Source: Patescibacteria group bacterium (GTDB lineage: Bacteria > Patescibacteriota > Patescibacteriia > UBA11705 > DATKZF01). Taken from it: DNA of 47,462 bases. Below the pieces are notes generated by a model, which was not told the origin of the DNA, ran no database searches, and was given only the letters and a program-made list of their open reading frames with translations. The first letter of the stretch is position 1, and each line of letters starts with the position of its first letter. The stretch spans positions 337,230-384,691 of the forward strand of contig JBMORT010000002.1 of NCBI GenBank assembly GCA_049319825.1, read 5' to 3'. Position numbers and translations under genes: made by a program. Positions 11,148 through 20,240 of this stretch are shown in pieces.

Positions 11148-11981
11148 TTATAGTTTTACAATCACCAGGCGATTTTTTCCGCATAAATCCTTTTTAATCT
11201 GAATCGAGCCGGAGGTGAGGTTACTTCTAATCAGATGTTCTATTTGGTGACTTTGCGCCGGATCGATTTCAAAAAAAACATACCTGGGATTATATTTTGA
11301 TTTTGACAATTGATCAAGCAATTGCCGGTAAAAGTATAAGCCCGCCGCCGGGGCGAGCAGGGCCGACCTTGGCTCCTTTTTTATTTCCGGAAATAATTTG
11401 ACGCTCTGCCCGTAGATTTTTTTTGAAAGATAGGGGAGATTGGCGGCGATAATGTCGATTTTTTTGTTGTTGAGCGGCGAGAATAAATTACCTTTGAAAA
11501 AATTTATTCTGACTTTATTTAGTCTGGCGTTTTGTCTGGCAATACTTAGGATCGCGGATGAATTGTCGGTCGCATAGACTTTGTTGAATCCGTTTTTAGC
11601 CAGGGCCACGGCAATGCATCCAGAACCAGTTCCAATGTCCGCCACTGTTAATTTTTTATCAAGCTTTAAAATTTCATCAATCATCAGTTCGGTTTCAGGC
11701 CGGGGAATCAATACTTGGGGATTTACCTTGAATGGCAGCTTATAAAATTCTTTCCGGCCGACCAAATAAGCGATTGGCCAGTTTTTTAATCTTTGGGCAA
11801 TCAATCGGTTGAGCTTTTTGAGCTGAGCCGAGGTTAAGGTGTTTTGCGGATATGTGTATAAAAATGCTTTGTCCTTTTTTAAAATGAAACCCAATAAAAC
11901 TTCAGCGTCAAGCCGCGGGCTTAATTTTTTTGTGGCTTTAAATTTTTGCTCCGCCGTTTGCAGAGCTTGTCTGATAATCAT
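11148..11981 (-). CDS. prmC: Release-factor glutamine N5-methyltransferase (PrmC/HemK)
   Basis: 277 aa with the SAM motif VADIGTGSGCIA. The catalytic tetrapeptide reads NLPY rather than the usual NPPY. Sits directly downstream of prfA. Confidence 0.88.
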   Translation of the reverse strand: MIIRQALQTAEQKFKATKKLSPRLDAEVLLGFILKKDKAFLYTYPQNTLTSAQLKKLNRLIAQRLKNWPIAYLVGRKEFYKLPFKVNPQVLIPRPETELMIDEILKLDKKLTVADIGTGSGCIAVALAKNGFNKVYATDNSSAILSIARQNARLNKVRINFFKGNLFSPLNNKKIDIIAANLPYLSKKIYGQSVKLFPEIKKEPRSALLAPAAGLYFYRQLLDQLSKSKYNPRYVFFEIDPAQSHQIEHLIRSNLTSGSIQIKKDLCGKNRLVIVKL

Positions 11982-12017
11982 ACCGCTATATTGCCGAATA
12001 TTTTCCGTGCTTCGTTA

Positions 12018-13088
12018 TTATTTTTGTTTTTCCAATCGCAGTTTGATATCTTCATCGCGCAGGGCATTGATTATTTCTCCCAAATTTCCATCCAGGATGG
12101 ATTCGATATTCGACCAGTTTTGTTTTATTCGATGATCGGTTATTCGGTCTTGAGGAAAATTATACGTTCGTATTTTCTCGGAGCGGTCGCCGGTGCCGAC
12201 TTGCATTTTTCTGGATTCAGATATTTCCTTGGTTCTTTTTTCCTCCTCCATTTCCAGCAATCGGGAGCGTAGTACTCTCATCGCCTTTTCTTTGTTTTGC
12301 GCTTGTGACCGTTCGTCCTGGCAAGATACCACAAGATTTGTCGGTAAATGGGTTATTCTGACAGCCGAGTAGGTCGTATTAACGCTTTGGCCGCCATGAC
12401 CGCCGGCGCAGAACGTGTCGATCCTTAGGTCTTTGGGATCGATTTTTACGTCAACTTCTTCGGCTTGAGGCAATACAGCCACTGTCGCCGTCGAGGTGTG
12501 CACGCGGCCTTGCTTTTCCGTTTCCGGTACGCGTTGCACGCGGTGAACACCCATTTCGTATTTTAAGTGCGCGTAAACATCCTGTCCGTTAATTTCAAAT
12601 ATCACTTCTTTGAATCCGCCTATACCGATCTGGTTGGCGTCGAGCATCGAGGTTTTCCAGCCTTTGGTTTCCGCGTATCTTGAATACATGCGAAACAGGT
12701 CGGCCGCGAACAGCGCCGATTCGTCTCCGCCGGCGCCAGCCCGGATTTCGATGATCACGTTTTTTGAATCCCTGGGATCTTTGGGCAATAGGCCGGCTTT
12801 TAATTCGTCTTCCAATTTTAAGGCCGCCGGCTCCAGCTCGGCGACTTCTTGTTCGGCCAAAGCCTTGAGGTCCTGATCCCCGGCGCTGTCTTGCAGAGCT
12901 TCTTTTGCCTGTTTTAAATTTTCTTGATTCTTTTCGTAGCGGGTAATCAGGTCGATAATCTCTTGCAAGCCGGCGTGCTGACTGGAAATTTGTTTTAGCT
13001 TTTGGGCATCACTAATTACCGCCGGGTCCTGCAGCTGGTCTTCCAGTTTTTTAAATTGTTTTTTAATTTTATCGATTTGTGATTGCAT
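12018..13088 (-). CDS. prfA: Peptide chain release factor 1
   Basis: 356 aa with the GGQ motif ([10 protein letters not shown]) and a PxT-type decoding tripeptide ([14 protein letters not shown]). Confidence 0.97.
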   Translation of the reverse strand: MQSQIDKIKKQFKKLEDQLQDPAVISDAQKLKQISSQHAGLQEIIDLITRYEKNQENLKQAKEALQDSAGDQDLKALAEQEVAELEPAALKLEDELKAGLLPKDPRDSKNVIIEIRAGAGGDESALFAADLFRMYSRYAETKGWKTSMLDANQIGIGGFKEVIFEINGQDVYAHLKYEMGVHRVQRVPETEKQGRVHTSTATVAVLPQAEEVDVKIDPKDLRIDTFCAGGHGGQSVNTTYSAVRITHLPTNLVVSCQDERSQAQNKEKAMRVLRSRLLEMEEEKRTKEISESRKMQVGTGDRSEKIRTYNFPQDRITDHRIKQNWSNIESILDGNLGEIINALRDEDIKLRLEKQK

Positions 13089-13103
13089 ATGGATATTATA
13101 ACA
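13089..13103 (-). promoter_or_regulatory. Extended -10 (TGTTATAAT) ending 6 nt before the prfA ATG; candidate leaderless start
   Basis: The minus strand reads CATGTTATAATATCCATATG. No SD element. Confidence 0.4.
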
Positions 13104-13275
13104 TGTCGCCGGCCTGAGAGGGTATCAGTGGGTGTCAGCAGGCTAAGAAGCAAAGATGGTCCCATCCCTTTGTCTTGGTGCTGTTTAGCCTCTTCAAGCG
13201 CTTAAACAAAAATCTCCCATAACTTTAGGTATTGAAAACCAATACCTTCAGTTAGAGAGATAAATTTTCCGGCAG

Positions 13276-13551
13276 TTACTTTTTGGTCTTTTTTGCCGCC
13301 TTGGCTTTTCTTTTCGCCGTTTTACCTTTGCGCTGAGCGCTGACAGCTGAGGTTTTGGCCATTTTCTCTTTGAATTTTTCCACTCGGCGGGCGGTATCCA
13401 CGATTTTTTGCTGACCCGTAAAGAATGGATGGCACATCGAACACAGCTCGGTTTTTATTTCTTCCTGAGTCGAGCCGGTGGTAAAGCTGTTGCCGCAAGC
13501 GCAAGTAACTTTGGCGTTCGGGTAATATTGAGGATGTATGTCTTTTTTCAT
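13276..13551 (-). CDS. rpmE: Ribosomal protein L31
   Basis: Opens [10 protein letters not shown], carries CxC...CxxCHPFFTG, and has a lysine-rich tail. Confidence 0.95.
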   Translation of the reverse strand: MKKDIHPQYYPNAKVTCACGNSFTTGSTQEEIKTELCSMCHPFFTGQQKIVDTARRVEKFKEKMAKTSAVSAQRKGKTAKRKAKAAKKTKK

Positions 13552-13625
13552 ATGTCTGGAGCGAATAAGCGAAATCTTTTTTATATTTATTCGCTTTTCA
13601 GCTATTTTATTCGTTAAGTAGTCCT

Positions 13626-13654
13626 ATTCTAGCATGAAATAAAAAACATTGCAA
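13626..13654 (-). promoter_or_regulatory. Candidate rpmE promoter (TTGCAA-17-TAGAAT)
   Basis: Hexamers at 13649-13654 and 13626-13631 on the minus strand. Confidence 0.4.
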
Positions 13655-13666
13655 TATTCAAAAATA

Positions 13667-13694
13667 TTGACATAATTTGAATAATTTATACAAT
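13667..13694 (+). promoter_or_regulatory. Candidate promoter (TTGACA-16-TACAAT)
   Basis: Hexamers at 13667-13672 and 13689-13694. Confidence 0.45.
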
Positions 13695-13727
13695 ATAAAC
13701 GAAGTCCGGTGGCCCATGGAGGGGGAG

Positions 13728-14102
13728 ATGACCAAAGAAAAAAGAAAAAGACCAATGGATACCGATTTGTTTGCTGATGTCGTTTTCGAGGAAGTGGCCA
13801 CGCCGGAGTGGGTTGGTTTCAGCCACCAGGTCACCGAGGCCGATATCATCGATGTTGAAGATGAGAAATCAGATTCGGACGACGCCGCTCACTCGGCCAA
13901 GCCGCCAGTGCCGCCGCCGATTCCGGGCGATGCTTTGCCGAACCCGGAGCCGCAGAAATTTGACAAAGAGGCGATTAAGCGCGCGCGGCGGCAACGCCAG
14001 CCGCCGGCGACCATCAATTTCGATGGTGAAATCATTGACGTAACTCCAAAGCCCGCGCCCCCGCCGCTGCCCGACAAGCCTCGCGGGCCGCGTAGCCGGT
14101 AA
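13728..14102 (+). CDS. Hypothetical acidic/proline-rich protein
   Basis: GGAGG at 13718-13722 lies 5 nt before ATG 13728; the track ORF opens earlier, at 13677. GC-rich, with PPVPPPIP and PAPPPLP tracts. Confidence 0.55.
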   Translation: MTKEKRKRPMDTDLFADVVFEEVATPEWVGFSHQVTEADIIDVEDEKSDSDDAAHSAKPPVPPPIPGDALPNPEPQKFDKEAIKRARRQRQPPATINFDGEIIDVTPKPAPPPLPDKPRGPRSR

Positions 14103-14127
14103 ACGCGCACACTGGCGTAAAATCAAT

Positions 14128-14156
14128 AAACCTTTGGTCTGACCAAAGGTTTTTTA
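14128..14156. terminator. Bidirectional terminator
   Basis: AACCTTTGG-tctga-CCAAAGGTT followed by TTTTT. Lies between convergent genes. Confidence 0.7.
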
Positions 14157-14161
14157 GTTTA

Positions 14162-15697
14162 TTACGTTGTTTCGACAATGATGTTGAAAGTCGATCTGAT
14201 CAATTCCTCCCGCGTGAACTCGCGGCAGCAATAGCCGCAGACAGCGCGCGATGGATCCAGGCTGACAGTAAAGATCGGCTTGGCCTCGGCGAGATGAGAG
14301 GCGCATTTTTCGTTTGGACAAATCAGCGCGTCCGGCATGGTGGCGCCGGAAATTCTGGCTGTTTGCTTGTTGAAAAAACCGTCAACGACTTGATTGATTT
14401 TAATGCCGGGGGCGATGAATGTTGCCAATGTTTTCCCCACCGGATTCAGCAGCATCCCGTGCAGCACCACGATATCCTTTCGGCCTTGGATGCTGACTTC
14501 GTGGAAGGCGCCATCGCCGATGGCGCTCCCGGCCTTGGAAATGACGTTGGCGACAGCATGTCCCAACCCCGGAGGGATATGATCGATGATTGTGCCGCGG
14601 CTTCTGATCGGCTGAAAATAATCATCGGCTTTGCCGGCTTCTCTTCTGTTTTTTAGCCGGTCTTCATTGGGCATTTCCGTGTGCGTTTCCGTCCGGCAAG
14701 GGATTATCGGTGCGAATTGGGTGGCCTCGCTAAGACGCAGGTAGCTCCAGCGATGCGCGGCCATGCGCAGGGCGATGCCGATGGTCATCTGCTCCCACAT
14801 GGCGTTTCGGGGATCATTGGAAATATCGATGGCGATCTCCGGGCCTCTGGGCCCGGGATGCATGACAATGACTTTCTCACCGAACAATTCTTGCAGTTCT
14901 TTTCTTCCAAGCACATAGCGGTTGAGTACTCTGGCCAGTTCCATGGGATCGGTGTATCGTTCTCTTTGAATTCTGGTGCCCATGATAATGTCGCATTTTC
15001 CGACTGTCCGGAATGAATCGTGTTCTTCGATGTGCAAGCCTTGCCGGCGAAATTCAGGAATTCCGGTGCCCGGCGCGCAAACGGTGACAATGCGAATATC
15101 ACCATAACGGGCGTTGAGCATTCGCAGAATATCGAGATCGGAATTGAGTGTGCGTGAATAGCGCAGGTCACCGAACATCAGTACGGAGAAATCATGCGTT
15201 CGTCCCAGTCGGTGTTTGATTGTCGCCAGATTCAGCAGGGCCTGAGTCGGATGGCGGTTGGCGCCGTCTCCGGCGTTATGCACGGCGCAGCGGAATCCCG
15301 AGCGAGCCAGAATTTCCATGGCGAACTTGGCGCTGCCTTCGAATTCCGTTCTGAAAACGAAAATGTCAGACAGCTGAGTGCCGGCATGGGTGCGGATCGA
15401 GTCTGCCAGCGATTCGCTTTTTGCCAGCGACAACGCGTCCGCCAGCGGCAGAATCACCACATTGAAGCCGGTCAATTTCGCGGCCAAAGCATTGGTGTAC
15501 ACTGTTCTGCTCGATGGCTCTTTTGACATAATCAGCACGGTCGGCAGACTATCCGCGGGAAATTCCAGCCGCAACGGGTGCCCTGGTGGCGGACGTTTTT
15601 TTTCCACCGCGAATTTATACAATTCCAGGGCATGGTCAATGGCCATTTCCAAAATTTCATCAAGTGAAAAATCGTTGATAGTAATTATGTGTTTCAT
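14162..15697 (-). CDS. pyrB: Fused aspartate carbamoyltransferase: catalytic (PyrB) plus regulatory (PyrI) chain
   Basis: 511 aa. The N-terminal ~310 aa carry ATCase motifs: SSRT (the STRTR position), HPTQ, RIQRERY, HPGPRGPE. The C-terminal ~150 aa match PyrI: RGTIIDHIP, GRKDIVVL, and the zinc cluster CPNEKCASH...CGYCCREF. Confidence 0.85.
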   Translation of the reverse strand: MKHIITINDFSLDEILEMAIDHALELYKFAVEKKRPPPGHPLRLEFPADSLPTVLIMSKEPSSRTVYTNALAAKLTGFNVVILPLADALSLAKSESLADSIRTHAGTQLSDIFVFRTEFEGSAKFAMEILARSGFRCAVHNAGDGANRHPTQALLNLATIKHRLGRTHDFSVLMFGDLRYSRTLNSDLDILRMLNARYGDIRIVTVCAPGTGIPEFRRQGLHIEEHDSFRTVGKCDIIMGTRIQRERYTDPMELARVLNRYVLGRKELQELFGEKVIVMHPGPRGPEIAIDISNDPRNAMWEQMTIGIALRMAAHRWSYLRLSEATQFAPIIPCRTETHTEMPNEDRLKNRREAGKADDYFQPIRSRGTIIDHIPPGLGHAVANVISKAGSAIGDGAFHEVSIQGRKDIVVLHGMLLNPVGKTLATFIAPGIKINQVVDGFFNKQTARISGATMPDALICPNEKCASHLAEAKPIFTVSLDPSRAVCGYCCREFTREELIRSTFNIIVETT

Positions 15698-15713
15698 CCC
15701 ACCTCCCTTGGCG

Positions 15714-15742
15714 CAAAAAAAGAACAGCGTTTTGCTGTCTTG
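15714..15742 (-). promoter_or_regulatory. Terminator-like hairpin plus U-run directly upstream of the pyrBI RBS (possible attenuator)
   Basis: The minus strand reads AAGACAGC-aaaac-GCTGTTCTTTTTTTGCGCCAAGGGAGGTGGGATG. Confidence 0.35.
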
Positions 15743-16007
15743 GGTTTCAAGGAACGGCCTCCTTTGAGGTAGAGTAGCGAAAAGACACGATTTTGTTAAG
15801 TGGATAAGTGACCGGCATCGGTTAAATCGCTGTCGAGTTTTTGGCGGGTAGGAGAGTCGGGTACTCGTTTACAATTCCCAATTCAAATTTCTATCCATCG
15901 GATTCCGGCTGCCAATTTCCCAACCGGCCTGGCAAAACACTATTTCTACAATTATCCAAAGAAACGAGCTTCGGGTGTCGGGAAACCCTTAATTATTTTC
16001 AATATTT

Positions 16008-17117
16008 GTGATAAAATCAAGATATATGAAAAATGGCGGCGAGCAAATACAATATCAATTTTTTTCAATTTCAAAGGATGCTTGGAACGCGATGTATGAT
16101 GCCATTGAAAAGTCGAAAAAAAGTATATATTGGGAAACATATATTTTCATCGACGACAATGCCGGTCAGCGTTTTGTTGATATTTTGGAAAAGAAAGCCA
16201 GGCAGGGCGTCGAGGTTAAATTAGTGATCGACGGCTTCGGGAGCTTTGCTTTTTCCAGAGCCTCGACATCAAGATTGAAGCAGGCCGGAGTTGATTTGGT
16301 CGTGTTCAATCCGGTGACGCCGGGCACGTTTGTTCGGTTTTGGCGGGCTTTTTGGAAAAGGACTCATCGAAAAATTTTGGTCATTGATAACCGTATCGGA
16401 TTTATCGGGGGGGTAAATATTCAAAATTTTATGGCCGACTGGCTCGATTTGCAGTTGATGATTAGAGGGACGATCGTCAGGTCTTTGACTCGCGCCTTCG
16501 CCAAATCTTACATACAAGCCGGAGGAGAAAAAAAGAATGTCAGTGCGTTGCTTCATCCCAAAATTGATAAAAGCAAAAAATTAAAGTTTCTGCTCCCAAA
16601 TCCACAGGCGAATCGTTCCACCATTCATGCCAATTATCTCCGAGCGATCAATGGAGCGAAAAAATATTTTAAGCTGGCCGTACCTTATTATTTGCCGAAC
16701 CGGAGATTGATCAAAGCCATGGCGCGAGCCAGAAAGCGCGGCGTAAAAATAGATTTGATCGTGCCGCTTCGAACCGATTTAAGAGTCGTGCAGTGGGCCG
16801 TTAGAAAATATTACAATTTAATGTATCGGTTGGGCGTCAATATATATTTCACCCCTCAAATGATGCACGGCAAAGCTTATGTGGTCGATGGCAACGAAGG
16901 CATGGTCGGATCGAGCAATATCGATCATGGCAGCTTTTATCGAAATCTGGAAGCCAACGCCTATTTTACCGATCAGCAGATGGTCGGCGATTTGGAAAAG
17001 ATATTCAAACAGTGGCAGCTATATGCCGAACCGTTCGAAGAGAATCGTTGGCGAAATGTCGGGTTGATTTCCAGATTAAAATCGGCTTTCGCCGAACTGA
17101 TCAGCCCGTGGCTGTAA
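16008..17117 (+). CDS. Phospholipase D / cardiolipin synthase-like protein (two HKD motifs)
   Basis: HRKILVIDNRIGFIGGVNI and HGKAYVVDGNEGMVGSSNID. No N-terminal TM helix. The track start is GTG 16008; ATG 16026 is an alternative. Confidence 0.85.
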   Translation: MIKSRYMKNGGEQIQYQFFSISKDAWNAMYDAIEKSKKSIYWETYIFIDDNAGQRFVDILEKKARQGVEVKLVIDGFGSFAFSRASTSRLKQAGVDLVVFNPVTPGTFVRFWRAFWKRTHRKILVIDNRIGFIGGVNIQNFMADWLDLQLMIRGTIVRSLTRAFAKSYIQAGGEKKNVSALLHPKIDKSKKLKFLLPNPQANRSTIHANYLRAINGAKKYFKLAVPYYLPNRRLIKAMARARKRGVKIDLIVPLRTDLRVVQWAVRKYYNLMYRLGVNIYFTPQMMHGKAYVVDGNEGMVGSSNIDHGSFYRNLEANAYFTDQQMVGDLEKIFKQWQLYAEPFEENRWRNVGLISRLKSAFAELISPWL

Positions 17118-17177
17118 GGCATTGCGATTGGTTTGAATAAATGGTAAAATTAATATATAAACAATTAAATAAAAATT

Positions 17178-17504
17178 ATGAGAAGAAAAACCAAAACCAG
17201 TTTTTTGGCCGGGGCGGCGATCGGCGCGGTGATCGGCACAGTGGCCGCGCTACTGCTCGCTCCCAAGTCCGGCAAAGAAGTTCGGGCTGATATAAAAAAG
17301 ATGGCCAAAGAAATGAGCACCAAAATATTAAAAGAAGTGGAAAAGGCGAAAAAGATGACGAAAATCAAATATGATGACTTGGTCGATAAAGTTGTTGATG
17401 AATATAAAAAGAAAAAAAGGGTCGCCGATAAAACAATGGATGACATCCGTAAGGAATTAAAGTCAAAATGGCGGGAAGTGGAAAAAGAATTAAAGCACAA
17501 GTAG
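17178..17504 (+). CDS. YtxH-like protein
   Basis: LAGAAIGAVIGTVAALLLAPKSGKEVR hallmark followed by a charged helical tail. Confidence 0.75.
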   Translation: MRRKTKTSFLAGAAIGAVIGTVAALLLAPKSGKEVRADIKKMAKEMSTKILKEVEKAKKMTKIKYDDLVDKVVDEYKKKKRVADKTMDDIRKELKSKWREVEKELKHK

Positions 17505-17529
17505 TTATCCACATCGATATTTATAACAT

Positions 17530-17558
17530 TTGACGGCGCATTTAAAATTTTATATAAT
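17530..17558 (+). promoter_or_regulatory. Consensus-like promoter (TTGACG-17-TATAAT)
   Basis: Hexamers at 17530-17535 and 17553-17558. Not followed by any ORF. Confidence 0.55.
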
Positions 17559-17564
17559 AATTCA

Positions 17565-17660
17565 AGCAAAGGATTTTCCCTTTGCGGTATTGAAATAAAG
17601 TTGCATTCGCAACTCAAAGCCTAAAGAGAGAAAAGTCCTGCAATATTGCAGGACTTTTTC
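17565..17660 (+). ncRNA. Candidate small RNA of ~95 nt, or a terminated leader of lgt
   Basis: Lies between the promoter and a strong terminator (AAAAGTCCTGCAatatTGCAGGACTTTTT, 17631-17660). Two internal hairpins: CAAAGG-atttt-CCTTTG and AGTTGC-attc-GCAACT. Contains no ORF. Confidence 0.4.
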
Positions 17661-17748
17661 TTATATCGGCCGGTGTCTTTTGATTGTCGATCAGCCGCAT
17701 TTTTGATATAATGCCATCAAATAAGAAAATGCTTTAAAAATTTTCAAT

Positions 17749-18615
17749 ATGATCAATTTCCTTCACCATTACTCGCCTCGATCGATAATATTTTCCGTCG
17801 GCGGCCTTGATATTCATTGGTATGGTTTGTTGATGGTTCTCGGTGGTCTGCTTGGATTGTTTCTGGCATGGTATTTGGCCAGATACTTTAAAATTAACCG
17901 GCCTTGGCTGTTTGATTTGGCTTTTTGGTGGGCAATTTTCGGCTTGATCGGCGGACGCATATATTACGTGATTTACGCTTTCGATTTTTACAAAGATAAT
18001 CCGCTGGATATCTTTAAAATATGGCAAGGCGGGCTGGCCGTGCACGGCGTAATGATCGGCGCCTTTTGCGCCACATTCTTTTTCGCGCGCGCTAAGGGAA
18101 TTAATTGGTTGAAACTGTTTGATTTGTCGGCGATCGGTTTGGTGACGGCGCAGATTGTCGGTCGTTGGGGAAATTATTTTAATCAGGAATTGTTCGGCCG
18201 GCCGACCGATTTGGCCTGGGGCATTCCAATATTACCGATTAATCGACCGGTGGAATATATTGCCGAACAATTTTTTCATCCCACTTTTTTGTACGAATCT
18301 TTGCTGAATATCGTATTGCTCGGGATTTTGTTGATTTTGGTTTGGTTGCGGTTTGGTAAAAATATAGAGATAAAAAACGGTATCATTTTTTTCTCTTATA
18401 TTTTGGGCTATTCGATAATTAGATTCAATATGGAATTTTTGCGGCTCGATTACAGCCCGGTGGTTTTCGGCGTGCGTTGGGCGCAGCTATTCAGCGGTTT
18501 GCTGATTTTAGCGTCAATATTTTTTATCGTGTTCTGTTCGATCCGCAAAGGCAAGCGGACTCAAATAAAAAAGAAGATTGAAAAAAAAATCAATCTGATC
18601 AAGACTGAATTGTAG
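17749..18615 (+). CDS. lgt: Prolipoprotein diacylglyceryl transferase
   Basis: 288 aa, polytopic, with GGRIYYV, HG...G and GRWGNYFNQELFGRPT motifs. Confidence 0.93.
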   Translation: MINFLHHYSPRSIIFSVGGLDIHWYGLLMVLGGLLGLFLAWYLARYFKINRPWLFDLAFWWAIFGLIGGRIYYVIYAFDFYKDNPLDIFKIWQGGLAVHGVMIGAFCATFFFARAKGINWLKLFDLSAIGLVTAQIVGRWGNYFNQELFGRPTDLAWGIPILPINRPVEYIAEQFFHPTFLYESLLNIVLLGILLILVWLRFGKNIEIKNGIIFFSYILGYSIIRFNMEFLRLDYSPVVFGVRWAQLFSGLLILASIFFIVFCSIRKGKRTQIKKKIEKKINLIKTEL

Positions 18616-18682
18616 TAATGTTTTTATCAATAACACATTAACTGGGCGGAGCGCTACGTGGCTACCCCCGTTTGAACTAAAT

Positions 18683-18955
18683 ATGCTTCGTTGGTTGCTG
18701 CCAATTATTATGTCCTTGGTAACCTTGCTGACCGGCGGCTTGGTGACTTGGGAATTCAATGAAGCGCCCGATAATGAAAAAGAAATGCGGATGATCGAAA
18801 TGGTAGAAAGTCAAATGGCCAAATCACCGCTGAGGTATATAATCATTAAATACGGCATCGAGTGGAAAACGGATGAATCGGCAGTGATTTCCGGCCGCAC
18901 AGTTTTTAATATGCCGGTGGTGACTGTCCAAATGGATAAAAACGCGATTCGCTAG
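18683..18955 (+). CDS. Small hypothetical membrane-anchored protein (90 aa)
   Basis: N-terminal TM helix. A terminator hairpin (AACCC-gttga-GGGGTT plus T-run) follows. Confidence 0.5.
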   Translation: MLRWLLPIIMSLVTLLTGGLVTWEFNEAPDNEKEMRMIEMVESQMAKSPLRYIIIKYGIEWKTDESAVISGRTVFNMPVVTVQMDKNAIR

Positions 18956-19059
18956 AATCGGTCTATTATAAATAACCCGTTGAGGGGTTTTTTTATTAGT
19001 TGTTTTGGGCACACACATACCGCGGGCCAGTTAATTAATGACATTTCAGGCGGTCTTTT

Positions 19060-19240
19060 TCGTTTAAAGGCGAAAGGCCAGCCTTCGCTAAAGCTTCCGC
19101 CTACGCTTGAAGCTTCGGCGGACAGGTCGGCTGGCAGGCGAAAGGCGAAACACGAGATACGAAAGGCATTAGGCAGAAGGCAATGGGCAATAGTAATGCG
19201 ACAAGCCACTGCCTCCTGCCTCTTGCCTCCTGCCTAATTT
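19060..19240 (+). repeat. GC-rich structured non-coding element
   Basis: Hairpins GCGAAAGGC-ca-GCCTTCGC and AAGCTTC...GAAGCTT. A long imperfect hairpin ATTAGGCAGAAGGCAATGGGCA...TGCCTCTTGCCTCCTGCCTAAT ends in TTTTT. Confidence 0.45.
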
Positions 19241-19298
19241 TTCACATTGACAAAAATTCTGAAGTTTTATATTTTAAAGATAAGCATTAAACAACTCT

Positions 19299-20147
19299 AT
19301 GATAAAAATTCTCATCATCGGAGCCAAAGGAATGCTCGGGCAGGATTTAGCCATGGTTTTTGAAAAAGAAAACCCGATCCTTTTTGATAGAGAAGATATT
19401 GATATCGCCGACCGCCGCCAAGTCTTTGAAAAATTGATGGATATTAATCCTGACATCATTATAAATTCCGCGGCCTATAACGCGGTCGACGCGGCCGAAG
19501 AAGATTTTTCGATCGCCCAAGCCGTTAACGTGGCCGGCCCGGCCAATTTGGCGGAAGCAGCTCAAAATTTGGGGGCTGTTTTTGTTCACTACGGATCAGA
19601 CTATGTTTTTGACGGCCAAAAAAAGTCGGGCTACCGCGAGCATGATGTGCCTAATCCGATCAGCGCTTACGGCATGTCCAAATATTTGGGAGAAGAACAG
19701 GTAAAAAACAAGGCAGCCAAATTTTATATTATCCGGCCTTCCAGGCTTTTCGGTCGCCCGGCTTCATCTGAAGGAGCCAAAAAAAGTTTTGTGGACGTGA
19801 TGCTCAAACTGGCGTCAGAAAAAGATAAACTGGATGTGGTGGATGATGAGCGCAGTAATCCGACTTATTCACCTGATTTGGCCGAGCGTACCCGGTTTAT
19901 TTTGGAAAATAAGTATCCATACGGCATCTATCACGCGGCCAACGGCGGCGCCTGCACTTGGTACGAATTCGCCAATGAAATTTTTAAGCAAAGTGGCGTG
20001 AAGATAAGATTAAATCCGGTGCCGGCTTCTAAATTTCCACGGCCGGCGGCCAGACCGGCTTATTCATCATTAAAAAACACGAAACTGCCGGCAATGAGGA
20101 ACTGGAGAGAAGCGCTCGATGATTATTTATCGATAATTTCCAAATAG
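19299..20147 (+). CDS. rfbD: dTDP-4-dehydrorhamnose reductase
   Basis: Rossmann N-terminus MIKILIIGAKGMLG, YGMSKYLGE catalytic region, length 282 aa. Confidence 0.9.
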   Translation: MIKILIIGAKGMLGQDLAMVFEKENPILFDREDIDIADRRQVFEKLMDINPDIIINSAAYNAVDAAEEDFSIAQAVNVAGPANLAEAAQNLGAVFVHYGSDYVFDGQKKSGYREHDVPNPISAYGMSKYLGEEQVKNKAAKFYIIRPSRLFGRPASSEGAKKSFVDVMLKLASEKDKLDVVDDERSNPTYSPDLAERTRFILENKYPYGIYHAANGGACTWYEFANEIFKQSGVKIRLNPVPASKFPRPAARPAYSSLKNTKLPAMRNWREALDDYLSIISK

Positions 20148-20240
20148 CGGGCAGTAATTGCAAATTTATCCGGGGAGTTATCGAGACAGGCTCCAAGCTT
20201 CAATTCAAAGATTTTGGAATAGGTTATTTAAAGCAGTAAT

